Source of the DNA: TPA_inf: Saccharomyces | Lineage: Eukaryota | Assembly (NCBI GenBank): GCA_000146045.2 | Contig: BK006946.2 | Coordinates: forward strand, 480,001 to 544,000 | DNA length: 64,000 nt | Direction of reading: 5' to 3' | Part shown: positions 10,394 through 21,249 of the stretch, one piece after another | Layout of the letters: every line of letters begins with the position of its first letter | Position numbering within the stretch: position 1 is the first letter of the stretch | Program-made: the position numbers and the translations under genes | Notes under the pieces: model-generated | The model's database searches: none | What the model was told of the DNA's origin: nothing | What the model saw: only the letters and a program-made list of their open reading frames with translations

Positions 10394-11992
10394 TCAGGAA
10401 GAACAATGAGCGTAAATGGTACTAATTAAAATAACGGCGGCAGATAATGAAAAATATTGGCGTAACCCCCACTTGTTATTGCCATTTCTGTCAAACCAAG
10501 GTTTTCTTTCCATCGCAAAACGGACGAGCTTTTCCTTTTGTGCGCTATTTGGAGGGTATCTCATAAAAAGGGTAAAATCATTCCAATATGGTTGTTTAAA
10601 AATTGTTCTTTCATGACTAAAGGTATTGAATCCATAATATCCACCATAGTTACCATAACCTGAAGTACCGATCCCTCCAAATGGAGCGTCGGTAATTCCT
10701 ACATGAATCACTGTATCACCGACAACACAGTCACCAGATCTTAAGCGCGTCAAGATACGATTTATTTCAGTTTGGCTATCAGAGAATATGTATTGCACCA
10801 ATGGAGTGTCATGTTCTTCTATTATCTTGTTAATGGTCTCATCAAGATCCTCGTACTCAATGATGGGCAATACAGGAGCAAAGTTTTCCTGTTTCATCAA
10901 AGGATCATCCCAACCAATGTTATAAACTATGGTTGGTGGTACAAGGCATAGATCCTCAGTATCTGAATTGATAGAAATTTTTGAAGGCACAATCTTGGAG
11001 CCGTTAGTTGAGTTTATACTTGCAACGGCCTTTTTGTAAGCAGGCTCATGAATCATACGAGTGAAATCTGTTTGTTCATCAAAGCTTGGATAAAATTCAT
11101 TTAGTACTGATTCACACTCTTTAATGACTTTTGGATAGATAGATTTATGTACTAACAAATAATCTGGTGAAACACAAATCTGGCCAGAATTTCCGAAAGC
11201 ACCAAAAAAAATCCTTTTCAAAGCAATTTTTATGTTACTTGCTTTGAAATTTTCTGTAATAAAGGTAGGTGATTTACCACCAAGTTCAAGTACACAAGGT
11301 GTTAGACTTTTTGCTGCTTTCTCAGCAACTATTGATCCGACACGGGGAGAACCTGTGTAGAATATTAGGTCAAATTTTCCACAATCTAGTAGTCTTGTAG
11401 TTTCATCTATAGCTCCCTGAACTACTTGAATCAATCCATCAGGGAAACCAGCTGTGGTTAACAAATTTTCCATAACTACAGCAGTGTGTGGTGTTAGTTC
11501 ACTTGGCTTCAGAACAATGGTGTTACCTGCAGCAAGAGCTGCTGCCAATGGGGCAAATGCTAAAAGTAGGGGAAAATTGAAAGGAGCAATAATCAAGACA
11601 CTGCCCCTTGATATTTTCTCCACGATTGTTTTACCAAACATAAATGGAGGAGAAGAATCAGATACTCTCCGAGGTTTGATCAATTTTGGTAAAATCTCAA
11701 TTAGGTGAAGTATATCGTTCATAAGTTTGGTCGTTTCATTCAGAACCGATTCAATTTTGTTCCGATGAAAGTCCTTGTACATAGCATCGATCAGTTCTTC
11801 CTCATGATCTTTGACGGCATAATAGAGTTTTTTCAACTGCAACTGCCTGAATTCTAGATCTTTTTTCCTTGGGTTATTTTCGTGGGACAATTTCAATTGT
11901 TTCTCAAAGAAGAAATTTCTTGAGATTTCAACTATTTCATCTATTTTAGACACTGGGGTATAATTCAATATTTTTGAGCCGTCGTTTGACAT
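10394..11992 (-). CDS. HFD1: Fatty aldehyde dehydrogenase, 532 aa
   Basis: ALDH family motifs are present (ELGGKSP and the catalytic Cys region GQICVSPDY). Length and position match YMR110C. Confidence 0.9.
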   Translation of the reverse strand: MSNDGSKILNYTPVSKIDEIVEISRNFFFEKQLKLSHENNPRKKDLEFRQLQLKKLYYAVKDHEEELIDAMYKDFHRNKIESVLNETTKLMNDILHLIEILPKLIKPRRVSDSSPPFMFGKTIVEKISRGSVLIIAPFNFPLLLAFAPLAAALAAGNTIVLKPSELTPHTAVVMENLLTTAGFPDGLIQVVQGAIDETTRLLDCGKFDLIFYTGSPRVGSIVAEKAAKSLTPCVLELGGKSPTFITENFKASNIKIALKRIFFGAFGNSGQICVSPDYLLVHKSIYPKVIKECESVLNEFYPSFDEQTDFTRMIHEPAYKKAVASINSTNGSKIVPSKISINSDTEDLCLVPPTIVYNIGWDDPLMKQENFAPVLPIIEYEDLDETINKIIEEHDTPLVQYIFSDSQTEINRILTRLRSGDCVVGDTVIHVGITDAPFGGIGTSGYGNYGGYYGFNTFSHERTIFKQPYWNDFTLFMRYPPNSAQKEKLVRFAMERKPWFDRNGNNKWGLRQYFSLSAAVILISTIYAHCSS

Positions 11993-12403
11993 GTTGGTGA
12001 TAAATTACTATGGCTATGGTTTTAGAATATTCCTTTTAGATAATCAATATGCCTGAAGTTTTGTTTTTTATATATGGAGTATCCGTTTATCCCTAAAATC
12101 CGAAGAATCTCCTCCTAAAACGACAAAAAAAAGGGTAAGCAATCCACCATCTAATTAAATCACTAATATTAGATTGAATTTTCGAACCTATCTAAAAGTG
12201 GGATCTTGATGTAAAATTGACTGATAGATAAAAGGCTTGGAGTCGATAGTTGATATATCAGTACACCGGTAATTGTCTATTATATACCCTGTTGGCATGA
12301 AATCCATATAGGACGGTATATATTTATATATAAAATGCATGTAAAAATCTTTCATCATGAACTACTCGGAATTTTTGGCTGGAAATTCGTTGTTCCATTT
12401 CCT

Positions 12404-13792
12404 CTAAGTGTCTTGATCATGTTCTGGTGTGCCTGTACTGGAATTTGGTATACTATGTGGCTGCTGTAATGATAATCTAGCTTCTCTCTCTTCTAACAAG
12501 AAAATTCTTCTTGGCTTCCCTCTTCTCTTTAGAGTAAGTGAATAGTCTTCGAGTTTGTCCATTTTTTTGGAGAAGTATTCGTATAACTGGGACATTGATA
12601 ATCGGCAATGATGTCCTTTGAAGGTATTGTTTCCCAATCTTATATTTTCGACAACCTTGATGGCTTGGTTTCTACTTATTTTATTCTCAGGTAGCGACAA
12701 ACCATATTTGCTTGGATCATCTTTTATATCTATTATTCTTTTTATGATGGTCATTCTTTTAGTGAACAAAGTCCTTTCTTTGGCAGATCGCCTCCAAGTG
12801 GACCCATATCTCCTCTCAAGGGAAAGAACTGACGGTTGGCCCGGTAAGCCTTCAAAGTATTCACGGGCCGCATCTGTAACGTTCTGGATTGCACGATTTA
12901 GTTTATATGACGTTCCAACGCACCCTCTTCTGTTTCTGATATCATTCTCGTTTCCTGTTCCATCGAGTTGGTTATTACTGTCATCAGCATTGCTAACAGA
13001 ATCGGGGTTATTTAAAGGTAGGTTCCTGGTGGTAGCGTTCTCATCACTTTCATTACCATCGTATTCCCCATTTTCAAAGTCTGACAGCCCTGGCTCAGGC
13101 TTGATACGAGGATCGCCGGCTAATATGCTTGCGTGCATACTATATTCTTGCCAGTTTGTTGATCTTGACTGACTTTGATGAGCTTGCGTACTTGTTGATG
13201 GATTTCCAACACGAGCAGCTTCCTGAGGAGTAACATTTTCCCCAGTATGGTCTATAAATCTTATTCTCTCCCCAGTCATAATACCAACTACCTCTTTGAA
13301 GACTTCTTTCATTGCGGAAACATCTTCAACATACTTATTGATGTCTTTAAATCCTTTCTCCAACTTCTTTTGATTCTCTAGAAAGAAGAGTTCTTGTTCC
13401 TTTTTCATTAGGCTGATTTCTTCCTTCAGATTGGCATTTTGCTCCTCCATTCTGGTTAGTTGTGCTATAAGAAATGCATTGAAATTTGTTTCAGGGGTTT
13501 CTTTTATCCTTCCAGGGCCTATTCTGTTGGTCGGTTCTGTTGCCGATGCTGATGTGGATGTAGACACTATGGGAGGTTGAGCAGCGTCTGTCGGTCTGAA
13601 AAGAGGATTGATACGGCCTGGGATCATGTACCTATTTAATGCAGCATGTCTTGATACTCCTGTTGGACTTGTGGTTATAGTTCGCTGCCCTAGATCGTGA
13701 TTCCTGCGTTCAGAATCTCTATCTGAATCATCATCGTCCAACGAGCCGTACCCACCAAAACCTTCTACATAGTTATATTCTCGAGCGGGCAT
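12404..13792 (-). CDS. EUC1: Nuclear protein YMR111C (Euc1), 462 aa
   Basis: Full ORF. The position between HFD1 and MED11 and the 462-aa length match YMR111C. It has a coiled-coil segment (EEQNANLKEEISLMKKEQELFFLENQKKLEK). Confidence 0.8.
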   Translation of the reverse strand: MPAREYNYVEGFGGYGSLDDDDSDRDSERRNHDLGQRTITTSPTGVSRHAALNRYMIPGRINPLFRPTDAAQPPIVSTSTSASATEPTNRIGPGRIKETPETNFNAFLIAQLTRMEEQNANLKEEISLMKKEQELFFLENQKKLEKGFKDINKYVEDVSAMKEVFKEVVGIMTGERIRFIDHTGENVTPQEAARVGNPSTSTQAHQSQSRSTNWQEYSMHASILAGDPRIKPEPGLSDFENGEYDGNESDENATTRNLPLNNPDSVSNADDSNNQLDGTGNENDIRNRRGCVGTSYKLNRAIQNVTDAAREYFEGLPGQPSVLSLERRYGSTWRRSAKERTLFTKRMTIIKRIIDIKDDPSKYGLSLPENKISRNQAIKVVENIRLGNNTFKGHHCRLSMSQLYEYFSKKMDKLEDYSLTLKRRGKPRRIFLLEEREARLSLQQPHSIPNSSTGTPEHDQDT

Positions 13793-14099
13793 GTTTAATT
13801 AATGTGTTGACTCCTGGACTAACTTCTCGATGGCACAAAATGTAGTCTTCTGGCAAAAGACGAAGTTGATTGTTAAATATTTTAAGCTAGCAATGCCCTT
13901 TGTACTCTCGTTTGTGTTTGAGTTTCAAGTACGCTTCCTTTTTTTAATTTTTTTACTAATACTAAACTCGTTCTCTTTAGACAATACTGGTTGAAGTAAA
14001 GTAAATGCTATATCATCATATGGAATATGATATCCCTGTGATGTTTATATAATTATACATTTGTACTTGATACAAAAGTGTTCTAGTCCTAATTAAGGT

Positions 14100-14447
14100 T
14101 TACTTGGATTTCGAAGGATCTAATATAGCCGACAATAAATCCAATTGTTCTTCCATTTTTTCTGTGTCTTGGCCTAGGGCCTTCTTGTTGACATTGATGG
14201 GCAGTAGTCGTGTTCCAACGTTCTCATCCAACAACTGTATCTCCTTGCGTAGCTGTGTGGTTGATTTATCTAGTCGTTCGTAAAACTGTTTGACATGATT
14301 TTCGAATTGGGGTTTCACTGATTCATTACCTCTTTTTAGTTCACCAAATATGAACGTGACTTGAGACGCCTCCTGCAACATGGAGCATAACTGGGTCTCT
14401 ATATCATTTAATGACTTAAGACGTTCTTGTATATATGGTGGCTGCAT
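14100..14447 (-). CDS. MED11: Mediator subunit Med11, 115 aa
   Basis: Protein starts MQPPYIQERLKSLNDIETQLCSMLQEASQ. The track ORF is 16 codons longer because of an upstream in-frame ATG at 14495; I chose the inner start. Confidence 0.8.
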   Translation of the reverse strand: MQPPYIQERLKSLNDIETQLCSMLQEASQVTFIFGELKRGNESVKPQFENHVKQFYERLDKSTTQLRKEIQLLDENVGTRLLPINVNKKALGQDTEKMEEQLDLLSAILDPSKSK

Positions 14448-14998
14448 TGTTTCGTTTTCTTGTTTCGTTTCACTCTTCGTATTGAGAACCTGCATCGTTG
14501 TTCATTTGGATTTGATAGCGTCCTTCTAATAAGCGCGCCTCTGGCTTGATGAGAAGATTTGAATCGAATTAGCAGATCTAACGACTGGGTCAAAAAACCG
14601 CTAAGATGAGGGCCTGCATACTGTCCAAGTCAGATTTTCGTACTCATTCGATTACTTTCAAAATATAAAAGCCGCCGCAATGAGCGACTTAAATCAAGTT
14701 TTTAAAATGTCCAATATACATATATATAAATAAAGTCAAGATTTTTTTATCACTGGATGTTTCAAAGCTTCTCATACGGTGGCTACGTCCTGGTTACCAT
14801 ATTTCTTGTGTTATATATATTATTTATAGGCCCTTCTACAACATTGGTTAGTTCGGGTGTTTTCCTCTATGAATAATTGTTATTTAAAAATTGAGCAGAA
14901 AAACTCAGGATTGTTTATAATGTAAATGTTTTGAATAGACCGATAAGGTCACCTGTTAGTAAGTTGATCTAGTGTATTTATTGTATTTTGCTATATCA

Positions 14999-16282
14999 AT
15001 GGCCATTGAATTGGGACTTTCCCGTATTACAAAACTACTAGAGCATTTAGGCAATCCGCAAAACTCACTTAGAGTGCTGCACATTGCAGGGACAAATGGT
15101 AAAGGTTCAGTATGTACTTACCTATCTTCTGTGTTGCAACAAAAGTCCTACCAAATTGGAAAATTTACCACTCCACACTTGGTGCATGTTACTGATTCCA
15201 TTACAATCAACAATAAGCCGATTCCGTTAGAGAGATACCAGAATATTAGATTACAACTAGAAGCTTTAAACAAGTCACACTCTTTAAAATGTACGGAATT
15301 CGAGCTATTAACATGTACCGCATTCAAATATTTTTATGATGTGCAGTGCCAATGGTGTGTCATAGAAGTAGGCCTTGGCGGAAGACTTGATGCGACCAAT
15401 GTTATTCCAGGCGCAAATAAGGCATGTTGTGGTATTACTAAAATCAGTTTGGATCATGAAAGCTTTTTAGGTAACACCTTGTCTGAAATCTCTAAAGAGA
15501 AAGCAGGTATAATAACAGAAGGGGTACCCTTCACAGTGATTGATGGAACCAATGAGGCAAGTGTTATAAATGTTGTGAAAGAAAGATGCAAGGCTTTAGG
15601 GTCTGAACTATCCGTTACAGATTCTCAACTTAACGGAAATATGATTGACACCAACTCCTGGGGTTGTTTTGACTTGGCAAAATTGCCACTGAATGGAGAA
15701 TATCAGATATTTAATCTCAGGGTGGCCATGGGTATGTTAGACTACTTACAAATGAACGAACTTATTGATATTACCAAGAATGAAGTAAGTACGAGATTGG
15801 CGAAGGTTGATTGGCCAGGAAGGTTATATCGTATGGATTATCGCTTTGACAAAGTAAGTAATAGGACAGTGCCTATATTAATGGACGGTGCCCACAATGG
15901 CTCAGCTGCAGTAGAGTTAGTTAAGTACCTAAGAAAGGAGTACGGAAACCAGCCTTTGACCTTTGTGATGGCAGTAACGCATGGGAAAAACTTGGAGCCG
16001 CTGCTCCAGCCATTATTGAGGCCTATAGATCAAGTAATTCTTACTCGGTTTAATAATGTGGAAGGTATGCCCTGGATTCATGCCACTGATCCTGAAGAAA
16101 TAAAAGATTTTATTTTGACTCAAGGATACACAAAGGAGATAGTGATTGAAAATGATTTACATCAGGTATTGCCTTCTCTGGCGCATGTATCAGACGAGCA
16201 AAGACGGCCAATTGTTGTATGCGGTTCACTGTATTTATGTGGTGAATTATTACGGATTCACAATAGTCACTTGAGAAACTAA
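14999..16282 (+). CDS. FOL3: Dihydrofolate synthetase (folylpolyglutamate synthase family), 427 aa
   Basis: MAIELGLSRITKLLEHLGNPQ...HIAGTNGKGSVCTY is a Mur-ligase-type ATP-binding motif. The track ORF begins 9 codons upstream at 14972. Confidence 0.85.
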   Translation: MAIELGLSRITKLLEHLGNPQNSLRVLHIAGTNGKGSVCTYLSSVLQQKSYQIGKFTTPHLVHVTDSITINNKPIPLERYQNIRLQLEALNKSHSLKCTEFELLTCTAFKYFYDVQCQWCVIEVGLGGRLDATNVIPGANKACCGITKISLDHESFLGNTLSEISKEKAGIITEGVPFTVIDGTNEASVINVVKERCKALGSELSVTDSQLNGNMIDTNSWGCFDLAKLPLNGEYQIFNLRVAMGMLDYLQMNELIDITKNEVSTRLAKVDWPGRLYRMDYRFDKVSNRTVPILMDGAHNGSAAVELVKYLRKEYGNQPLTFVMAVTHGKNLEPLLQPLLRPIDQVILTRFNNVEGMPWIHATDPEEIKDFILTQGYTKEIVIENDLHQVLPSLAHVSDEQRRPIVVCGSLYLCGELLRIHNSHLRN

Positions 16283-16342
16283 ATAAAATAAGTAACAACG
16301 AACATTATATAGACTATCGATGATAAACAAACTAAAAAAATG

Positions 16343-17449
16343 TCATTTTTTTATTTTTTTCTTGCCTCTGGAGTCTTTCTGGTTTCCCAACATATTTACT
16401 ATATTTCTCTTCTCTCTGTTTCCCTCTCTTTTGGGTGACAAATTAGCTTCTTCTCTCTTCACTCGGTCACCTATACTTCCTTCCTCTGGTAAAGTTGTTT
16501 CCTCTTGTTCTTCATTCTTTTTTAATCCATCATAGGAATTCCTTTTGAGGCTTTTCTTTTGATTAAAAACATCTTCGCCTTTCAACGATTTGTCACCCTT
16601 TACACCTCGATTATCAATACCTTGTTCGTTATCATTTTCTAGCAAGGCTTCTTCTTTTTCTCTCTTTACGCTGAACATGTCCGAATCCTCTTTCAAAAGC
16701 GGTTTTATCAGCCGCTCTCCGGTGTTGGTAGTCTTCCCCACATCATCGGTAACTTGATAGAATTGTAACTTTGATTCATCGTAGTCCGGCTTCAGCAGCT
16801 TTACCAGTTCTTCAGTGCTCCATGTCGTTTTATCCACATCCATCCATGCATCCCAACTTTCGGTGCCTGGTTCCAGCACGCAAGGCATTCTTTCGTGGAG
16901 CCATTCTAACTCTCTGGGGCCTTGTGCAGTTATTATGGTGAACGTATATAAATCATCCTTTTCGACGTAATCATACATTCCTGCTACAAACATCAATCTG
17001 CCGTCTCGTCTAGAAATGAAATAAGGCGTCTTCTTTTTCCCTACGGTTTTCCATTCAAAATATCCGCTCATAAGCACAGCACACCTTTTCTTCTCACAGG
17101 GTCTCATCCACATTTTGCTCTCTTGTAAATTCTCTAAACGGGCATTAAAGGTACGATAGGTCTTGAATTGTGAAACGTCCTTGGTCCAGAATGGTACAAG
17201 GCCCCATCTCATAAATTGTATTGCTTTAGTATCAGGACGATATACCGCAGAGTAGTTTGTAGGGGAAATATTGTAAGAGGCCTTGAAGATATCCTTACTA
17301 ACGGTAGGCTGATCTTTGGTGTCTTCCTCGTCATGTGGATGCTGGCTGTTCGATGAGGCGTCCTTGGGTGTATTAACCGGTAAGTTCCAATCTCTTAGAA
17401 GTTGCGGCAAATCTCCGCTATCGTAAGCTAAGGCAAACCTACCACACAT
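16343..17449 (-). CDS. YMR114C: SRAP-domain protein (abasic-site processing, HMCES/YedK family), 368 aa
   Basis: N-terminal MCGRFAL with catalytic Cys2 is the hallmark of SOS-response-associated peptidase proteins. The tail is K/E-rich. Confidence 0.85.
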   Translation of the reverse strand: MCGRFALAYDSGDLPQLLRDWNLPVNTPKDASSNSQHPHDEEDTKDQPTVSKDIFKASYNISPTNYSAVYRPDTKAIQFMRWGLVPFWTKDVSQFKTYRTFNARLENLQESKMWMRPCEKKRCAVLMSGYFEWKTVGKKKTPYFISRRDGRLMFVAGMYDYVEKDDLYTFTIITAQGPRELEWLHERMPCVLEPGTESWDAWMDVDKTTWSTEELVKLLKPDYDESKLQFYQVTDDVGKTTNTGERLIKPLLKEDSDMFSVKREKEEALLENDNEQGIDNRGVKGDKSLKGEDVFNQKKSLKRNSYDGLKKNEEQEETTLPEEGSIGDRVKREEANLSPKREGNREKRNIVNMLGNQKDSRGKKKIKK

Positions 17450-17703
17450 CTTGGGTTATGAAAGTCTGGTATTAGCATCAGGTATACTTTAATTAAGTCT
17501 CTTGGTTCAACTGTTCATTGCTTTGTTCCCTTTTTTGATCCCTTTCATTCAGATATTTTTCGTGGGGGTTCGGCCTCACAAAATTGCATTTACAAATCAT
17601 CAACATTTTTATGCAAAAGTGGGCTACTTTCATTTACTCACAAAGGTGTAAACACAAGCAGGAAGATCTCAGTTTAACAGGCTAAAAGTCCCTCCTTTTC
17701 GGT

Positions 17704-19209
17704 ATGCTTTTACAAGGAATGCGTTTATCGCAAAGGTTACATAAGAGACATCTATTTGCTTCCAAGATTTTAACGTGGACTACGAACCCTGCTCATATAC
17801 GCCACCTACATGATATAAGGCCGCCTGCATCAAACTTCAATACGCAAGAATCGGCCCCCATACCGGAGTCTCCAGCAAACTCACCAACTCGACCACAGAT
17901 GGCACCTAAACCCAATTTGAAAAAAAAAAATCGTAGTTTAATGTATTCTATTATTGGGGTTTCCATAGTAGGTTTATATTTTTGGTTTAAAAGTAACTCC
18001 AGGAAACAAAAACTACCTCTTTCGGCGCAAAAAGTCTGGAAGGAAGCCATATGGCAAGAAAGTGATAAAATGGATTTTAATTACAAAGAAGCGTTAAGGC
18101 GGTATATTGAGGCGTTGGATGAATGCGATCGCTCTCATGTCGATTTATTGTCAGATGATTATACCAGAATAGAGCTGAAAATTGCTGAAATGTATGAAAA
18201 GCTCAATATGCTTGAAGAAGCCCAAAATTTGTACCAAGAATTATTAAGTCGGTTTTTCGAAGCGCTGAATGTTCCTGGCAAAGTTGATGAGAGTGAAAGA
18301 GGCGAGGTTTTAAGAAAAGACTTGAGAATCTTGATTAAATCGTTAGAAATCAATAAGGACATAGAAAGTGGCAAGAGAAAATTGCTACAACATTTACTTT
18401 TAGCTCAAGAGGAAATTTTAAGCAAATCGCCAGAGTTGAAGGAATTTTTTGAAAACAGAAAAAAGAAGCTCTCGATGGTAAAAGACATCAATAGAGACCC
18501 TAATGATGATTTTAAAACATTTGTTAGTGAGGAAAATATTAAGTTTGATGAGCAAGGCTATATGATTTTGGATCTGGAAAAGAATAGCAGCGCTTGGGAA
18601 CCCTTTAAGGAAGAATTTTTTACTGCGAGAGATTTATATACAGCTTATTGTCTGTCATCAAAAGACATAGCTGCAGCTCTAAGTTGCAAGATAACTAGTG
18701 TGGAATGGATGGTTATGGCAGACATGCCACCAGGACAGATATTGCTATCACAGGCAAATTTGGGGTCATTGTTCTATCTTCAAGCAGAAAAGCTAGAAGC
18801 TGACTTAAATCAATTAGAGCAAAAGAAAAGTAAAGAGTCCAACCAAGAGTTAGATATGGGAACATACATAAAAGCCGTTAGATTCGTACGCAAAAATCGT
18901 GACTTATGTCTGGAAAGAGCACAAAAATGTTACGACAGCGTTATTGCGTTTGCCAAAAGAAACAGAAAAATTAGGTTTCATGTGAAGGATCAACTGGATC
19001 CTTCAATTGCACAGTCAATTGCTCTATCTACCTATGGAATGGGGGTTTTAAGCCTTCATGAAGGTGTTTTGGCTAAAGCTGAAAAACTATTCAAAGATTC
19101 GATCACTATGGCCAAGGAGACTGAATTTAATGAACTCCTTGCAGAAGCTGAAAAGGAACTAGAAAAGACGACAGTCTTGAAAGCGGCCAAAAAAGAGGGT
19201 TTAAACTAA
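17704..19209 (+). CDS. MGR3: Mitochondrial inner-membrane i-AAA protease adaptor, 501 aa
   Basis: N-terminal mitochondrial targeting-like region, one predicted transmembrane segment (SLMYSIIGVSIVGLYFWF), and TPR-like helical repeats. Length and position match YMR115W. Confidence 0.8.
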   Translation: MLLQGMRLSQRLHKRHLFASKILTWTTNPAHIRHLHDIRPPASNFNTQESAPIPESPANSPTRPQMAPKPNLKKKNRSLMYSIIGVSIVGLYFWFKSNSRKQKLPLSAQKVWKEAIWQESDKMDFNYKEALRRYIEALDECDRSHVDLLSDDYTRIELKIAEMYEKLNMLEEAQNLYQELLSRFFEALNVPGKVDESERGEVLRKDLRILIKSLEINKDIESGKRKLLQHLLLAQEEILSKSPELKEFFENRKKKLSMVKDINRDPNDDFKTFVSEENIKFDEQGYMILDLEKNSSAWEPFKEEFFTARDLYTAYCLSSKDIAAALSCKITSVEWMVMADMPPGQILLSQANLGSLFYLQAEKLEADLNQLEQKKSKESNQELDMGTYIKAVRFVRKNRDLCLERAQKCYDSVIAFAKRNRKIRFHVKDQLDPSIAQSIALSTYGMGVLSLHEGVLAKAEKLFKDSITMAKETEFNELLAEAEKELEKTTVLKAAKKEGLN

Positions 19210-19455
19210 TACCACAATAAAGGAAATAAAGGAAGACAAAAATAATAAATATTTCAACTGTACATATGTATTTTCGCAGCAAACAGAAAGCATAGTTTAT
19301 AGTACCTAATGATAACCTTTCTTTCATTACTTCGAAATCTATGACGATTATATTATACACTAAAATATAGAAATTATTTTCTTTATTTTTACCATTTTAA
19401 ACATGACCAATAACTAGAAGATACATAAAAGAACAAATGAACTTTATACATATTC

Positions 19456-20688
19456 TTAGTTAGCAGTCATAACTTGCCAAACTCTAATGACGTTGTCGGT
19501 GTAACCGGCAAACAAAGTTTGACCGTCAGCAGACCAAGCCAAAGAAACAGCATGTGGTTCAGCGGCCTTGCTGTAACCAGCAAATTCTGGTCTCAAGTCA
19601 TCGACCAAGTATTGTGGGTCCAAAGAAAAGACCTTAATACCGGTAGCAGTGGCAGCAGCCAACCAGTATCTGTTTGGAGAGAAAGCCAAAGAGAAAACTT
19701 CATCTTGGGCAGACAAAGTGTACATAGCCTTCTTAGCAGCCAAGTTCCACAACATAATTTCACCGTCCTTACCAGCGGAAGCAATCAAAGTTCCGTCTGG
19801 GGAAGCAGTCAAAGTGTTGATGTTGGAGTTGTGACCGATGAAGTCAGCTTCAATTTGGAATTGGTTTAAGTTCCAAGCCTGTCATTATATCATTTTTGTT
19901 AGTAAGGGAACAAAATTAATTTAAAAAAAAAGTTTCCATTTTGACATAACGAGTAAAGAGAAGAGCAGAGTAATGCTAAACCATTCATCAGAGATCTTGG
20001 TGATAATTGGTATGTCTCATTCGGAACTCAAAGTTCCATCTGAAGTAGCAAATATGTTATTACATCATTTGAATGGCATACACAAATCCACTTTTCTTCT
20101 TCTACTCGATTGTCATCATATTCTATCATGGAAAGAAAATATATCACATACCTTAACCATTTTGTCGTTACCGGCAGAAATGATGGTGACAGAGTCATCA
20201 TCAGCTTTTTCGTTTGGAACAACTCTGACTTGGGAAACCCAGTCATTGTGACCCAACAAAGTGGCCAAACATTGACCTTTGATGGTCCAGACCTTGATGG
20301 TCTTGTCACGGGAACCAGAGATAATCATGGAAGCCTTCTTGTCAATGTCAACGGACATAACATCGGACTTGTGACCGACGAATCTTTGGTAGGTTTCACC
20401 GGTGGCAACATCCCATAATCTCAAGGTCTTGTCCCAAGAAGCAGACAAAGCGTAAGCACCGTCAGCAGTCAAAGTACAGTCTTGGACAATGTGACTGTGA
20501 CCCTTGAAAGATCTAACTGGGACACCAAACTTTTGGTCGTCACCAGTCAACTTCCAGGAGATCAAAGTCTTATCACGGGAAGCGGACAACAATAGGTTTG
20601 GTTGACCAGCAGAAGTAGCCAAAGATGTGACCCAACCGTTGTGACCTTCCAAGGTACCTCTCAAAACTAAAACTTCGTTAGATGCCAT
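19456..20688 (-). CDS. ASC1: RACK1 orthologue, WD40 protein of the 40S ribosomal subunit, 319 aa. Two exons: 20152-20688 and 19456-19878; intron 19879-20151 (273 nt).
   Basis: Exon 1 ends ...NDKMVK and is followed by GTATGT (reverse complement of 20146-20151). The branchpoint TACTAAC and the 3' splice site ACAG|GCTTGGAAC give ...[13 protein letters not shown]. The joined protein is all WD repeats and ends VWQVMTAN. Confidence 0.9.
19984..20072 (-). ncRNA. SNR24: Box C/D snoRNA snR24 (U24) inside the ASC1 intron, 89 nt
   Basis: Minus strand reads UCAAAUGAUGUAAUAACAUAUUUGCUACUUCAGAUGGAACUUUGAGUUCCGAAUGAGACAUACCAAUUAUCACCAAGAUCUCUGAUGAA. It has a C box AUGAUGU near the 5' end and a D box CUGA near the 3' end. 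Boundaries are within a few nt. Confidence 0.8.
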
Positions 20689-20975
20689 TTTTCACTTTAT
20701 TTACTTTAGTGTGTTATAAGGATTTTTTGGAAAAAAAAAAGAGAGAGAGAACGAGTTAGGAAAACCAAAGGAGCAGTCTTAAATATAGGAAAATTTTCAA
20801 GTTGTAGAAAATCCACAATTAAAGGAATAGCCCAATGCCAAAAAAATTGGTCTTACACATCCAAAAAAAAGTTGCGTGGATGAAATTTTTTTCAACAAAC
20901 GTTCTGAGACTTTCGCTGGAGAAGCACGTCCTCGCTAAGAAATTTTCAGAACGGAGCGATAACGAAGACGGCCTA

Positions 20976-20988
20976 ACATCCGTACATA
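20976..20988 (+). promoter_or_regulatory. Rap1-like site ACATCCGTACATA about 290 bp upstream of ASC1
   Basis: It differs at 2 positions from the RP-gene Rap1 consensus ACACCCATACATT and sits at the typical distance for ribosomal-protein-type promoters. A poly(dA)10-(GA)n tract lies at 20731-20750. Confidence 0.3.
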
Positions 20989-21249
20989 GTCATAAGGCTA
21001 CAGATGGCCAGGTTTGGGGGAATATAAGTATGGTGATGAGTATTACCAGTAACACAAACAAATATTTTGACAAACCAGTTACGTTGTGACAGTCCAGTAT
21101 CTTTTAAACGTAGAATGGTGCATCTAGAGTAAATATTGTAGTTATATCACACCGAGCAAAATACGTGGTTCCAATTCATAATGCTAATAATTATGCTCAG
21201 CTCATTGAATATGTATGCCACTGTAGTATTTTATTAATGATCTCAATTT

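Noticed and set aside
19474-19869. 131-aa ORF antisense to ASC1 exon 2, plus other small antisense ORFs
   Set aside because: It overlaps the highly expressed, conserved ASC1 coding exon. WD-repeat codon bias leaves the opposite strand open by chance.
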